NCBI GenBank assembly: GCA_050246945.1
Contig: JBFWVC010000009.1
Location: 30,644 to 94,643 of the forward strand
Direction: 5' to 3'
DNA from: Hyphomicrobiaceae bacterium
Lineage (GTDB): Bacteria; Pseudomonadota; Alphaproteobacteria; Rhizobiales; Hyphomicrobiaceae
DNA length: 64,000 nucleotides
Positions 52,282-61,958 of the stretch are shown here, in pieces (positions within the stretch are counted from its first letter, which is position 1; the number at the start of each line of letters is the position of its first letter). The position numbers were made by a program, and so were the translations under genes. The notes under the pieces were generated by a model. The model saw only the letters and a program-made list of their open reading frames with translations. It was not told where the DNA came from and searched no databases.

Positions 52282-53040
52282 GTGAGCCTGGACGATACGA
52301 GGCCAAGCGACTTCGTCGACAATCCGCGTCTGCCGGGTTGCGCCCTTGTTCGCCAAAGCCTGGTGACCGCGACACTGACTGCCACGGGAATGCTCGCGGC
52401 CTGGTTGGTGATCGGCTTGCTCACGCCCGGCGGACTGGCGGAAATCGACCATCGCGTCCTCGCCATCCTCCACAATGTCTATGATCCCAACGATCCGATC
52501 GGCCCCGACTGGCTTGAAAGCGTAATGCGCGACCTCACCTCTCTCGGTAGCAACATTGTGGTGATCGTTATAACGGCTGCAGCGGCAGCCGTGCTTGCAA
52601 TGATGCACCGGAGAGGGCCGGCAATCCTGCTCACTGTCACAATCCTTGCGACGTTCCTTCTCAATGCCGTTTTGAAGTCCCTGTTCGATCGCGCCCGCCC
52701 GGACTTTTTGGCGCCTTCGATCGATGTCGAGACCTCCAGCTTTCCGAGCAGCCACGCGATGCTGTCTGCGGTCCTGTATTTGCTGCTGGCCGCAATCGCG
52801 GCTCGCGAGATCGCTGACCGGCGCCTCGCAACGGCTCTGATCGTTGCCGCCGCCCTGTTGGCGTTTGTCGTCGGCGCAACGCGCGTGTATCTCGGCGCAC
52901 ATTGGCCAAGCGACGTCCTGGCAGGCTGGCTGTTGGGTGCCGCGGTGGCGCTCGCCTCCTGGCAACTGGCGCGTAGTCCAACCTCACCCGAACCCGAGCG
53001 CCGTGCCGCCCCCCCCCAAAAGGACGACCTTCCCGCCTGA
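52282..53040 (+). CDS. PAP2-family phosphatase (membrane)
   Basis: It has KSLFDRARP, FPSSHAM and TRVYLGAHWPSD (the three PAP2 motifs). The GTG start at 52282 is uncertain. Confidence 0.82.
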   Translation: MSLDDTRPSDFVDNPRLPGCALVRQSLVTATLTATGMLAAWLVIGLLTPGGLAEIDHRVLAILHNVYDPNDPIGPDWLESVMRDLTSLGSNIVVIVITAAAAAVLAMMHRRGPAILLTVTILATFLLNAVLKSLFDRARPDFLAPSIDVETSSFPSSHAMLSAVLYLLLAAIAAREIADRRLATALIVAAALLAFVVGATRVYLGAHWPSDVLAGWLLGAAVALASWQLARSPTSPEPERRAAPPQKDDLPA

Positions 53041-53203
53041 CAATAGTCAAGCCTCGGCCTTGCGTCGTCGGCTATGTCCCAGCCGGTGACAGTGTCGCCG
53101 TTGCCGACAACTCGGTGCTGGCCGCACTGCGGCTGCCGCAAATGGCACACCGCTGCACATAGCCCCGAAATGTCCGGCGTTCGCAGCGACAACGGAGACT
53201 TCG

Positions 53204-53554
53204 ATGACCACGCAACCGCCAACCCTCTCGAACGATCTTCTTGGCCACAATGCGCGCGGCGCGGTGCTTAACATCGAGGCGCGATTCTTCAATAGTCTCG
53301 CCAAGTACAGTGGTGTCGACGGTGTCTCGCGAAAGCTGGAACTATCCGCTGGCGTTACAGTCGGCGATATCATCCGCATGTTCGCGCTGCCGCTCGGCGA
53401 CATCTATCTGGTTTTGCGCAATGGGCGCGACATCACACCGGGGCTCTATCAGGGTGGCGTCGTTAATCAGGACGTAGCACTCGACGACGGCGACGTGATC
53501 GCCTTTTCCGGGCCGGTTCCCTATAGCTACGGCTATGGCGCGCCGGTCGTCTGA
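53204..53554 (+). CDS. MoaD/ThiS-like beta-grasp protein lacking a C-terminal Gly-Gly
   Basis: 116 aa with a GGAGA RBS. The pattern is ARFFNSLAKYSG..LSAGVTVGDII..VLRNGRDI..LDDGDVIAFSGPV, then the tail PYSYGYGAPVV. Confidence 0.55.
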   Translation: MTTQPPTLSNDLLGHNARGAVLNIEARFFNSLAKYSGVDGVSRKLELSAGVTVGDIIRMFALPLGDIYLVLRNGRDITPGLYQGGVVNQDVALDDGDVIAFSGPVPYSYGYGAPVV

Positions 53555-53766
53555 ATGGTGGCGAAAGTATTCGCAAGAACGAATGCAACTGCGGCTGCAA
53601 TTTCACCGCAGGGACATCGCGCCGCATCGTCGGAAGGCGACATGCAATTTACGATTATCTAGCATTGAAACCCGCTGCACATCGAAACTTTGCCGGCGCA
53701 CATGGCGTCGCTTCAAAGACCCAGCGGCTGTCCGCCTTTGTCACAACGAAGACGAGGAGGCGATCC

Positions 53767-54027
53767 ATGTCAAGACCGATGGTGAATCACGTCGCTCAAC
53801 GCGAGCGACGACTCGAGCAGATGTTGGAGTGGCTCGGCGTCGACGCGAGCCGCCTCAGGCGTGACCTGCATGGCGCGACCTTCGAGATGGCGAGCTGGAA
53901 TTGCGTTCGTTGCGCCCATCCCAACGCATGTCAGGAGTGGTTCGACAGTCTGGCGCGAGGGCCGATGATCCCGCCCCACTTCTGCCCGAACTGCGATCTC
54001 TTGCGATCGCACATTCCGCAGCGATGA
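53767..54027 (+). CDS. Small Cys-rich protein (possibly DUF6455-like)
   Basis: 86 aa from ATG 53767 with a strong GAGGAGG RBS. It has LEQMLEWLGVD and CVRCAHPNACQEW..FCPNC. Confidence 0.55.
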   Translation: MSRPMVNHVAQRERRLEQMLEWLGVDASRLRRDLHGATFEMASWNCVRCAHPNACQEWFDSLARGPMIPPHFCPNCDLLRSHIPQR

Positions 54028-54080
54028 GCATTGACTGAGCTATGCGCATGGGAGCGACGGTGATTTGCACGCACCAAGCT

Positions 54081-55598
54081 TCAGGTGCCACAGAAGGTTT
54101 CGTGCACGACCTCGTGCGGCTCGGGAGGCATGGTGTAACGTTCACGTCCAGTCTGCTCTTCGAATGGCCGTGACAACACCTCGATCAGCGTCTCGAACGG
54201 CGCGAACTCGCCACCCTCGACGCCGGCCCGGATCGCTTCCTCGACGAGATGATTGCGCGGGATGTAGGCTGGATTGACGCGACGCATTCGAGCTTGGGTT
54301 TCTTTTGTATCCGCGCCTTCGCGCGCGAGCCGTGCGCGCCACGCTGCGAGCCACGACTGCAGCGCCCCCGCATCCTTGAACATCGAGAAGAGGTCCGCAG
54401 CATCGCTGTCGGTGTCCGAAAGCGCATCGGCAAGCTTCCGGAAAGACCGCGTGAAGTCCGCATCCGAGGCGCGCATTAGCCCCAGGAATTGCGTGATGAG
54501 CGCACCATCCTCCTCTTCAGCGGCCATCAGCCCGACCTTCGCGCGCAATCCGGCGATATATTGGACCGCAAACAGATCCGGGAATCGGTCGAGCACTTCT
54601 GTTGCAGCCGCGATGGCAACCTTTTGGTCGTTTTCGATCAGCGGGAGTAGCGTCTCGGCAAAGCGCGCCAGGTTCCACTGTCCGATCGCGGGCTGATTGC
54701 CATAAGCGTACCGACCCGTCTGGTCGATCGAACTGTAAACCGTCTTTGGATCGAACGAATCCATGAACGCGCAGGGTCCATAGTCGATCGTCTCGCCGGC
54801 TATCGACATGTTGTCGGTGTTCATCACCCCATGGATGAAGCCGACGAGCAGCCACGAAGCGACAAGTGCCGCCTGTCGTTCCGTCACGGCGTTGAGCAGA
54901 GCGAGATATGACTGCTCGACGTTTTTCAACTCAGGATACAGCCGGTCAACGACGTGGTCGGCAAGCAGCCGCAGACCCTCTACGTCGTCACGGGCCGCGA
55001 AGAACTGGAACGTGCCGACCCGGATATGGCTGCGCGCCACCCGCGTCAGTATCGCGCCGGGAACCGGCGTCTCGCGAAACACGTGCTCGCCGCTGGCTAC
55101 GGCAGCCAGCGCTCGGGTCGTCGGTATACCCAGCGCGTGCATGGCCTCGCTGACGATGTACTCACGCAGCACCGGACCAAGCGCCGCACGGCCATCACCA
55201 CGTCGTGAGTAGGGTGTCGGCCCCGAGCCCTTCAGTTGGATGTCGCGGCGCACGCCGTCGCGCCCGACAATCTCGCCTAGCAGGAGCGCGCGTCCGTCGC
55301 CCAATTGCGGCACGAACCCGCCGAACTGGTGCCCGGCATAGGCCATTGCGATCGGCTGCGCCCCTTTCGGAATGCGGTTGCCGGCCAGCATCTCGACGCC
55401 CTCCGGCGTTGCCAGCACCGCCGCATCGAGCCCAAGAAGCTCGGCGAGCCCAGCGTTGACTTTGATGAGACGGGGGGCGGAAACCGGTGTCGGATCAAGT
55501 CGCGCAAAAAAACGGTCCGGCAGACGCTGATAGCTGTTGTCGAAGGTAAAACCCGTATCCCGGCCAACACCACTCATCCCGCCTCCAGTGATCGACAT
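54081..55598 (-). CDS. selO: Protein adenylyltransferase SelO (YdiU)
   Basis: 505 aa with [24 protein letters not shown] and [20 protein letters not shown]. Confidence 0.9.
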   Translation of the reverse strand: MSITGGGMSGVGRDTGFTFDNSYQRLPDRFFARLDPTPVSAPRLIKVNAGLAELLGLDAAVLATPEGVEMLAGNRIPKGAQPIAMAYAGHQFGGFVPQLGDGRALLLGEIVGRDGVRRDIQLKGSGPTPYSRRGDGRAALGPVLREYIVSEAMHALGIPTTRALAAVASGEHVFRETPVPGAILTRVARSHIRVGTFQFFAARDDVEGLRLLADHVVDRLYPELKNVEQSYLALLNAVTERQAALVASWLLVGFIHGVMNTDNMSIAGETIDYGPCAFMDSFDPKTVYSSIDQTGRYAYGNQPAIGQWNLARFAETLLPLIENDQKVAIAAATEVLDRFPDLFAVQYIAGLRAKVGLMAAEEEDGALITQFLGLMRASDADFTRSFRKLADALSDTDSDAADLFSMFKDAGALQSWLAAWRARLAREGADTKETQARMRRVNPAYIPRNHLVEEAIRAGVEGGEFAPFETLIEVLSRPFEEQTGRERYTMPPEPHEVVHETFCGT

Positions 55599-55953
55599 GT
55601 CATCAAATTGACGCTATCGCTGACGGCCCGATCGCACACCGCGTAGTGCGCATCTCTGGCTCGCGCATCCAAAACACGCCCCAGCCACGGCACACCCACT
55701 CGCGGCCCGTCGTGCTACCTTTCCATCTAGAGACACGAGCCGAGACCTACAAGTGATGGTGGGTATTCCAAACCTCCCTTGATACCCTCAGCAGACGAAC
55801 GGCACCCGTTGTTCCCCAATTGCTCTGCGATCTCGATTGCAGGCAGGGCGCGCACCAAATATGTGCTAGGACGCTCGACTTTCATGATCGAATGGCCCCA
55901 TGTGCACCCTGTGCCACCCACATTTGCCTAGTTCCGCCGCAGAAGTGACGCCG

Positions 55954-58605
55954 ATGAAAACCGACACCCCTCGTCCGATCCGTCTCAAGGACTACCAGCC
56001 ACCGGAGTACCTCATCGACAAGGTCGACCTGGATTTCCGCCTGGATCCGACCCGGACGCGCGTCCGGGCGCGTCTCGATCTTCGTCCCAACCCCGCCATC
56101 AAGACGCACGGCCCGCTGCGGCTCGACGGCGAACAGCTGGAACTCGACCAGATCCGCCTCGACGGCAGCGAACTGGGATTGAAGACGGATTACGATCTCA
56201 CCAACGTCGGCCTGACGCTGAAAGCGCCGCCGCCAAAGCCGTTCCGCCTCGAAATCGTGACCTACATCGATCCCGAAGCCAACAAGGCTCTGCAGGGCCT
56301 CTATCGCTCGCGCGGCATCTACTGCACGCAATGCGAAGCGCATGGCTTTCGCCGCATCACCTACTTCCTGGACCGGCCTGACGTGCTGTCCAAATATTCG
56401 GTGCGAATTGAGGCCGATGCCGAAGAAGCTCCGATCCTGCTCTCCAACGGCAACCCGGTCGAGCGCGGCACACTTCATCGCGGCAAGCGCCATTATGCGA
56501 TCTGGCGCGATCCCCATCCAAAGCCCTGCTACCTGTTCGCGCTCGTCGGCGGCAACCTCACTTCGATCGCCTCGACGATCAAGACGATGTCCGGCCGCAA
56601 GGTCGACTTGAGGGTTTACGTCGAACACGGCAAGGAGGATCGCGCCGCCTGGGCGATGGATTCGCTCAAGCGCTCCATGCGATGGGACGAGAAACGCTTC
56701 GGCCGCGAATACGACCTCGATGTCTTCAACATCGTTGCCGTATCCGACTTCAACATGGGCGCGATGGAGAACAAGGGCCTCAACATTTTCAATGACCGCC
56801 TGATCCTCGCGTCGCCGGAAACCGCCACCGACACTATCTTCGAAGCGATCGAAAGCGTCGTCGCACACGAGTACTTTCACAACTGGACGGGCAACCGCAT
56901 CACTTGCCGCGACTGGTTCCAGCTCTGTCTCAAGGAAGGTCTGACCGTCTATCGCGATCAGGAATTCTCCGGCGACGAGCGGTCCGCAACAGTCCAGCGC
57001 ATCACCGACGTGCGCCAGCTCAGGACCCACCAGTTCCCCGAGGATGCCGGCCCCCTGGCCCATTCGGTGCGGCCCTCGTCCTACATCGAGATCAACAACT
57101 TCTACACCGCTACCGTCTACGAGAAGGGCGCGGAACTGGTGCGCATGCTGCACACTATTCTGGGCGATGCCGAATTCCACGCCGGCATGGATCTCTATTT
57201 CAAGCGTCACGACGGCGACGCCGCCACTGTGGAAGACTTCATCGCCTGCTTCGCCGAAGCGTCCGGCCGCGATCTTTCGCAATTCATGACCTGGTACGAG
57301 CAAGCTGGCACCCCGCAGCTCGTGTGTGCACTCAACTACGACAGACGCAACAAGACGGCGGAGTTGCATGTCGAGCAGGTGCTGCCCACAACTCCCGGCG
57401 AATCACGCAAGAAGCCGCTTCACATCCCCGTGCGGCTTGGGCTGCTCGGCAGCAACGGCCAGGACCTCGACCTCGTCCTCGATACCGGCGAACGCCTCAC
57501 CGATGGCGTAATTCACGTCACGAAGCGAAGCGAGACCTTCCGCTTCCTCGATATCCCCTCTCGTCCCGTGCCCTCGCTGCTGCGCGGCTTTTCCGCTCCC
57601 GTCAACCTGACGCTCGACATCGCCGACCGCGATCTCGAGTTCCTGATGGCCAACGACAGCGACCTTTTCAATCGTTGGCAGGCAGCCAACACTTATGCAA
57701 CCCGCACGCTGGTCCACATCGTCAAGGCGTTGAAGGACGGCAGGCGCAGCGCGCGCGGGGTGACTTATGCTAAGGCGCTCGGCGCCACGATCGCCGACAT
57801 GGCACTGGAACCGGCCTATCGGGCCGAATTGCTCAAACTCCCTACGCAAGCCGACATCGCACGCGAAATGGCACATGACGTCGACCCGGGATTGATCCAT
57901 CGCGCCCATCGTCAGCTTTCGCGCCTGGTTGCCAGGACTTTGCTCGATGAACTAAAGGCGATCTACCGGGAGATGACGACGCAAGCACCCTTCGCCGCTG
58001 ATGCTCACAGCGCCGGCTGTCGCGCCTTGCGCAATGCGGTTCTGACGCTGCTCGTCGCGCGCGGCGAGCGCAGCGACGTTGCACTTGCAGCCCGCCATTT
58101 CGACCGTGCAACCAACATGACCGACGAGGCGCACGCCCTGTTCCTTCTGGCCGCGACATCCGGTACCGCACGCGAAAAGGCATTGAGCCGTTTCTTCGAG
58201 CGCTGGAAGCAGGACCACCTCGTCATCGACACATGGTTTGCCGCGCAGGCCGTCTCGCCACTGCCCGCAACGATCAAGCGCGTCCGCGAGCTCTCGTCCC
58301 ATCCCCTGTTCTGCATCACGACGCCCAACAAGGTGCGCGCGCTCGTCGGCAATTTCGCCAGCCTGAACCCAGTCCAGTTCAACCGTCCCGATGGCGCCGG
58401 CTACGCCTTTGTCACCGAACAGGTGCTCGCTATCGACCGCTTCAACCCGCAGATTGCCGCCCGCATCCTCGGCGCCTTCCGAAGTTGGCGCGCCCTTGAG
58501 CCGGTCCGCAAGCGTCAGGCCCGCAAGGCCCTCTCAAATGTTGCCGACACACCTGATCTCTCCCGCGATGTCTACGAGATCGTCTCTCGAATGCTCGACG
58601 GCTGA
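55954..58605 (+). CDS. pepN: Aminopeptidase N (M1 family)
   Basis: It starts at MKTDTPRPIRLKDYQPP. It has GAMENKGLNIF and the zinc motif HEYFHNWTGNR..LKEG. Confidence 0.95.
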   Translation: MKTDTPRPIRLKDYQPPEYLIDKVDLDFRLDPTRTRVRARLDLRPNPAIKTHGPLRLDGEQLELDQIRLDGSELGLKTDYDLTNVGLTLKAPPPKPFRLEIVTYIDPEANKALQGLYRSRGIYCTQCEAHGFRRITYFLDRPDVLSKYSVRIEADAEEAPILLSNGNPVERGTLHRGKRHYAIWRDPHPKPCYLFALVGGNLTSIASTIKTMSGRKVDLRVYVEHGKEDRAAWAMDSLKRSMRWDEKRFGREYDLDVFNIVAVSDFNMGAMENKGLNIFNDRLILASPETATDTIFEAIESVVAHEYFHNWTGNRITCRDWFQLCLKEGLTVYRDQEFSGDERSATVQRITDVRQLRTHQFPEDAGPLAHSVRPSSYIEINNFYTATVYEKGAELVRMLHTILGDAEFHAGMDLYFKRHDGDAATVEDFIACFAEASGRDLSQFMTWYEQAGTPQLVCALNYDRRNKTAELHVEQVLPTTPGESRKKPLHIPVRLGLLGSNGQDLDLVLDTGERLTDGVIHVTKRSETFRFLDIPSRPVPSLLRGFSAPVNLTLDIADRDLEFLMANDSDLFNRWQAANTYATRTLVHIVKALKDGRRSARGVTYAKALGATIADMALEPAYRAELLKLPTQADIAREMAHDVDPGLIHRAHRQLSRLVARTLLDELKAIYREMTTQAPFAADAHSAGCRALRNAVLTLLVARGERSDVALAARHFDRATNMTDEAHALFLLAATSGTAREKALSRFFERWKQDHLVIDTWFAAQAVSPLPATIKRVRELSSHPLFCITTPNKVRALVGNFASLNPVQFNRPDGAGYAFVTEQVLAIDRFNPQIAARILGAFRSWRALEPVRKRQARKALSNVADTPDLSRDVYEIVSRMLDG

Positions 58606-58805
58606 CGTTCATGGTCCTCCCGAACCAATCGCTGAGTCCTCCGCGCATCGACATGGATTGAAGAGTATTTTCTTGACGGCCACAATTTAATCTCCCTCGA
58701 CAGCTGAGTCGGTCTTGGGCGACACTGATTCTGCGATTCGCTGCGGGGGCAACGAAGCGAGTCGAAACTGGGCGAAAAAGCATAATCGAATTGGAGAATG
58801 CCGGG

Positions 58806-59912
58806 ATGGCTTGGACAACGTCCGCCGACCCAGAGGGAACTTTTGCGCTCGCCGACGGGGCAAACGGGCGTGGATCCCTCTCAAGAGCCGCAGCCGGCGT
58901 CGACCAGTCGGCAAGCGGCTCGTCCCGTCCTCTCGTATTCGCGACACTCGCTCATCTATGTGGCCTTGCCGTCGTCGCACCCTTCGCCGCCAGCAACCCC
59001 GTTCTGGCAGTGCCTGTCGTAATCGGCCTCGCAGTCTCCTTCCTCACGCTTGTGCGCAGTTCCAACAGCGAAGCCAATCAGAACACGTCACCCGCATCAC
59101 AGCGCGGGTCAGGCAGCGAAGGCGACGAACACGGGGATTCGCACTCGATACCGAACGACCCGTCCCCAACCGCAGCTTGGCCGATACCGGGCACATTGAA
59201 CGTCCCTGCTCGGACGATGACACCCCCGGCTGCCGAAGTCAGTAGTGATCTGCGCGCCGAACTGATGGCACGCGTCAGTCATGAGTTGCGCACGCCACTC
59301 AACGCAGTGATGGGATTTTCTGATCTCATGGGCCACCAGATGTTCGGCCCGCTCGGACATCCTCGCTATGAAGAATACGTCACGCATATTCGCGAAAGCA
59401 GCCAAAAGCTCCTGAAGAGCGCTGAGGACACGTTGGCCATGACCAGCCTGATGGCCAAATCAGCGAGCCACTGTGAGCGCGAACCGCTGGTCCTTGGCTA
59501 CCTGTGCAGGGATGCGAAAGCTGCCGCCGCTCCCGATCTCGATCGCCGTGGCCTCGCCTGCGTCGTCGAAATAGATCCTGACATCGAGGTAATCGCGCAC
59601 CGGCGCGCGCTCCGTCAGGCCCTTGTCAATGTGATGTGCGAAGCGAGCTTGCAAGCAGACGAAGGTGCAACGGTGACAATCCGCGCCACTGCTGATCTCG
59701 ACCGCGTGGCAGTTGTCGTATTTTGCGACCGTATGGTCCCTCGTTCGCTCGAGGAACGCCGATCCCTGCCGCTGTGCCTGGCCCGAACCCTGCTCGAACT
59801 GGACGGCTGCCAGCTCTACGAGAACGCCGCTGCCGATGCTCCCTGGTCGGTCCTGCTGTCCCTGGACGGCGCCATCCAGCAGGAATTGTTCGCTGCTCCG
59901 CCCGCGATTTGA
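58806..59912 (+). CDS. Membrane histidine-kinase-like protein with an intact H-box but a degenerate ATP-binding domain
   Basis: I prefer ATG 58806 (GGAGAA RBS). It has two TMs and the H-box SHELRTPLNAVMGFSDL. In the N-box-like segment ALVNVMCEA the conserved Asn position is not Asn. No DxGxG or GxGLG boxes are visible. Confidence 0.7.
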   Translation: MAWTTSADPEGTFALADGANGRGSLSRAAAGVDQSASGSSRPLVFATLAHLCGLAVVAPFAASNPVLAVPVVIGLAVSFLTLVRSSNSEANQNTSPASQRGSGSEGDEHGDSHSIPNDPSPTAAWPIPGTLNVPARTMTPPAAEVSSDLRAELMARVSHELRTPLNAVMGFSDLMGHQMFGPLGHPRYEEYVTHIRESSQKLLKSAEDTLAMTSLMAKSASHCEREPLVLGYLCRDAKAAAAPDLDRRGLACVVEIDPDIEVIAHRRALRQALVNVMCEASLQADEGATVTIRATADLDRVAVVVFCDRMVPRSLEERRSLPLCLARTLLELDGCQLYENAAADAPWSVLLSLDGAIQQELFAAPPAI

Positions 59913-59979
59913 GCGTCCAAGCAAGGAAATTCCGATCGGAACCGCAGACCCGCTGGGCTCACCCTCTGATCAACTCCCG

Positions 59980-60486
59980 TTACAGCTTGCCATCACGCCC
60001 GCCGCCGCGCCGGCGCATTCCCTTCTCCACGAATGCCTTGCGCTCATCGGGTGTCAACCGCTCCAGAAAGTTGGCGAGTTCTGTCGCGACGCGAGTTCCC
60101 AGCGCCTGCCGCGCAGTGTTGACCTCACCAAGCGCAGACTCCAGTGCTGCCTTGTCGAACGGCTCGCGTACCATCGCCTCGCGCACCACCTTTCGCAGTT
60201 CCCGCACCTTCTCACGTTCTTCGCGCAAGGCCGCCCGATTGGCGCGGATCATCTCGGCGAGTTCGGCCCTGCGCGTATCCGGAACATCACGGAGAAAGCC
60301 TTGCATGCCGTCGCCATGCCTCTGGCGATCGAACCAGCCATGGCCACCGTGATGTGCCCACATGCGTCCGGCCGCTGCACCGACGACAATCATGTTCGCC
60401 ATCAGTGACAACAGCAGCACACCCACGACCCAGCGCGGACTGCTACCGCCAGATCCCCGTTTTCCTGAGTCGTATGCGTCAGACAT
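59980..60486 (-). CDS. Spy/CpxP/ZraP-like periplasmic protein ('periplasmic heavy metal sensor' type)
   Basis: 168 aa from ATG 60486, which overlaps the upstream stop by 1 nt. It has an N-terminal TM/signal, a His-rich HHGGHGW segment and helical LTPDERKAF-type repeats. Confidence 0.65.
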   Translation of the reverse strand: MSDAYDSGKRGSGGSSPRWVVGVLLLSLMANMIVVGAAAGRMWAHHGGHGWFDRQRHGDGMQGFLRDVPDTRRAELAEMIRANRAALREEREKVRELRKVVREAMVREPFDKAALESALGEVNTARQALGTRVATELANFLERLTPDERKAFVEKGMRRRGGGRDGKL

Positions 60487-61100
60487 CACAACAGATCCTC
60501 TACAAGAGCATCGAGACTTTCTTCGCCCATGACCAGTTGCTGGAAAACAGATTCATCTCCTGCATCGGCCACGACCTGAGCTTCCGACACGACGTCGCCG
60601 TTGCTGAGCGACAGTCCGATGAGCACGCCAACCAGAAGCGATGCGGCGAGCATCCCCACGGAAGCCAACGGGCCGCGGCGACCGGCGCTGAGCATAGCCG
60701 GCAGTCGCCTTCCGATGCCCTGTGTCGTTCGCGGTGGCAGCGGCCCAGCCCGGTCGTGCATAAGCGAGCGCGACGACTGCGCCCCTCCAACAATCGCATC
60801 CGCGTTCCCGGCGGCACCGCCCCGCCAGCGCCCTTCCGATTGCGCCGCCGCGACGATCCTGTTGGCGAGATCGGAAAGCTGGTCCGAACTCAACGCTGGC
60901 GCCGCATCAAGCATCCGATCGAGCGCCCGAGCCTGAGCGACGATGGATGCGGCATGCGCGTCCGTGGCAGCGAGCCGCTCCATCGCCAGGCGTTCCGAGG
61001 CCGGCCAGCGTTCGCGGTCTCCGCCGTGAACCTCAACCAGCGCTTTCAATCGTTCGATTTCAGGTCGATCTTGTCTCGTCGTCATGGTTCGCTTCGCCAT
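60486..61100 (-). CDS. Putative anti-sigma factor (single-pass membrane protein)
   Basis: It lies immediately downstream of the ECF sigma gene. It has a cytoplasmic helical N-terminus and one TM (LASVGMLAASLLVGVLIGL). There is no ZAS motif. The start is 61100 or 61085. Confidence 0.55.
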   Translation of the reverse strand: MAKRTMTTRQDRPEIERLKALVEVHGGDRERWPASERLAMERLAATDAHAASIVAQARALDRMLDAAPALSSDQLSDLANRIVAAAQSEGRWRGGAAGNADAIVGGAQSSRSLMHDRAGPLPPRTTQGIGRRLPAMLSAGRRGPLASVGMLAASLLVGVLIGLSLSNGDVVSEAQVVADAGDESVFQQLVMGEESLDALVEDLL

Positions 61101-61147
61101 CGTATCCGTTGAGGCTTGAGGAGATGGGCCAGCCTCCTGCGCCACGT

Positions 61148-61783
61148 TCAGTCCGCTCCACCACCCGCCACCAGTTCCCGCCACTCATCGGCCAGTGCCG
61201 CCTTCAATCCTCGCCTGCCTCGCGCCAGAAGCGATTCCACCGCCTCGTCGCTGATATCCATGCTGGCCGCGACCTCGCGCTGGCTAAGCCCTTCGAAGTG
61301 GAACAACGTCAACGCAAGCCGCTGCCGTTCGGGCAGCGCTTGCAGGGCAAGGTTCACACGTTCCGCCACGGCGTCGCCTTCGAGTGCCTTCAGCTGTTCA
61401 GCGGCCACCGGAATCTCCGGCGCCTCGTCTGTCACATCCGTCCGGCGTCGTGCACGTATCCTGTCAATGGCGAGGTTGGACACCACCCGGCGCAACCACG
61501 GCCGCACGCCGCTGCCGTCGATGGCAAGACCGGCACCAAGCCGCCAAAGCTTGAGAAACGCTTCCTGCGTCACATCCTCCGCCTCGCTGTCATCACCCAG
61601 CATGCGCCGCGCAATTGCCGAAACCGGCCCGACGTGGCGCTTCACCAGCAGCGCGAAAGCATCTGCCTCGCCCAGGGCAACGCGCGCCACAAGTGCTATA
61701 TCGCTCAACGCATCATCCGCCGCACTATCCGACGCGGCCTGCGTTGATTGCCCCGGTTTCACTGCCACGCGTGCCCTCTGCAT
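61148..61783 (-). CDS. ECF-family RNA polymerase sigma-70 factor
   Basis: 211 aa with region 2 (DAFALLVKRHVGPV..AEDVTQEAFLKLWR) and region 4 (LPERQRLALTLFHFEGLSQREVAASMDISDEAVESLLARGRRGLK). Confidence 0.88.
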   Translation of the reverse strand: MQRARVAVKPGQSTQAASDSAADDALSDIALVARVALGEADAFALLVKRHVGPVSAIARRMLGDDSEAEDVTQEAFLKLWRLGAGLAIDGSGVRPWLRRVVSNLAIDRIRARRRTDVTDEAPEIPVAAEQLKALEGDAVAERVNLALQALPERQRLALTLFHFEGLSQREVAASMDISDEAVESLLARGRRGLKAALADEWRELVAGGGAD

Positions 61784-61958
61784 CTACGCCAGCAACATCC
61801 GCTATCGCCCACCCTGCGCACGACCAAATCGGCAGCAGCCAGGACTACACCGCCGCCATCGAGCAGCGGGTTGGTCCGAAACAAGTTGGTCCGGCCGGAC
61901 ATTGCAGGCAACCCCATATCGGTTGCACCAGCGCCCGGCCGGAGCTCGATCCGCCAGC

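Noticed and set aside
55882-57369. 495-aa minus-strand ORF
   Set aside because: It is antisense to pepN, which has unambiguous GAMEN/HEXXH motifs. It is a shadow ORF.
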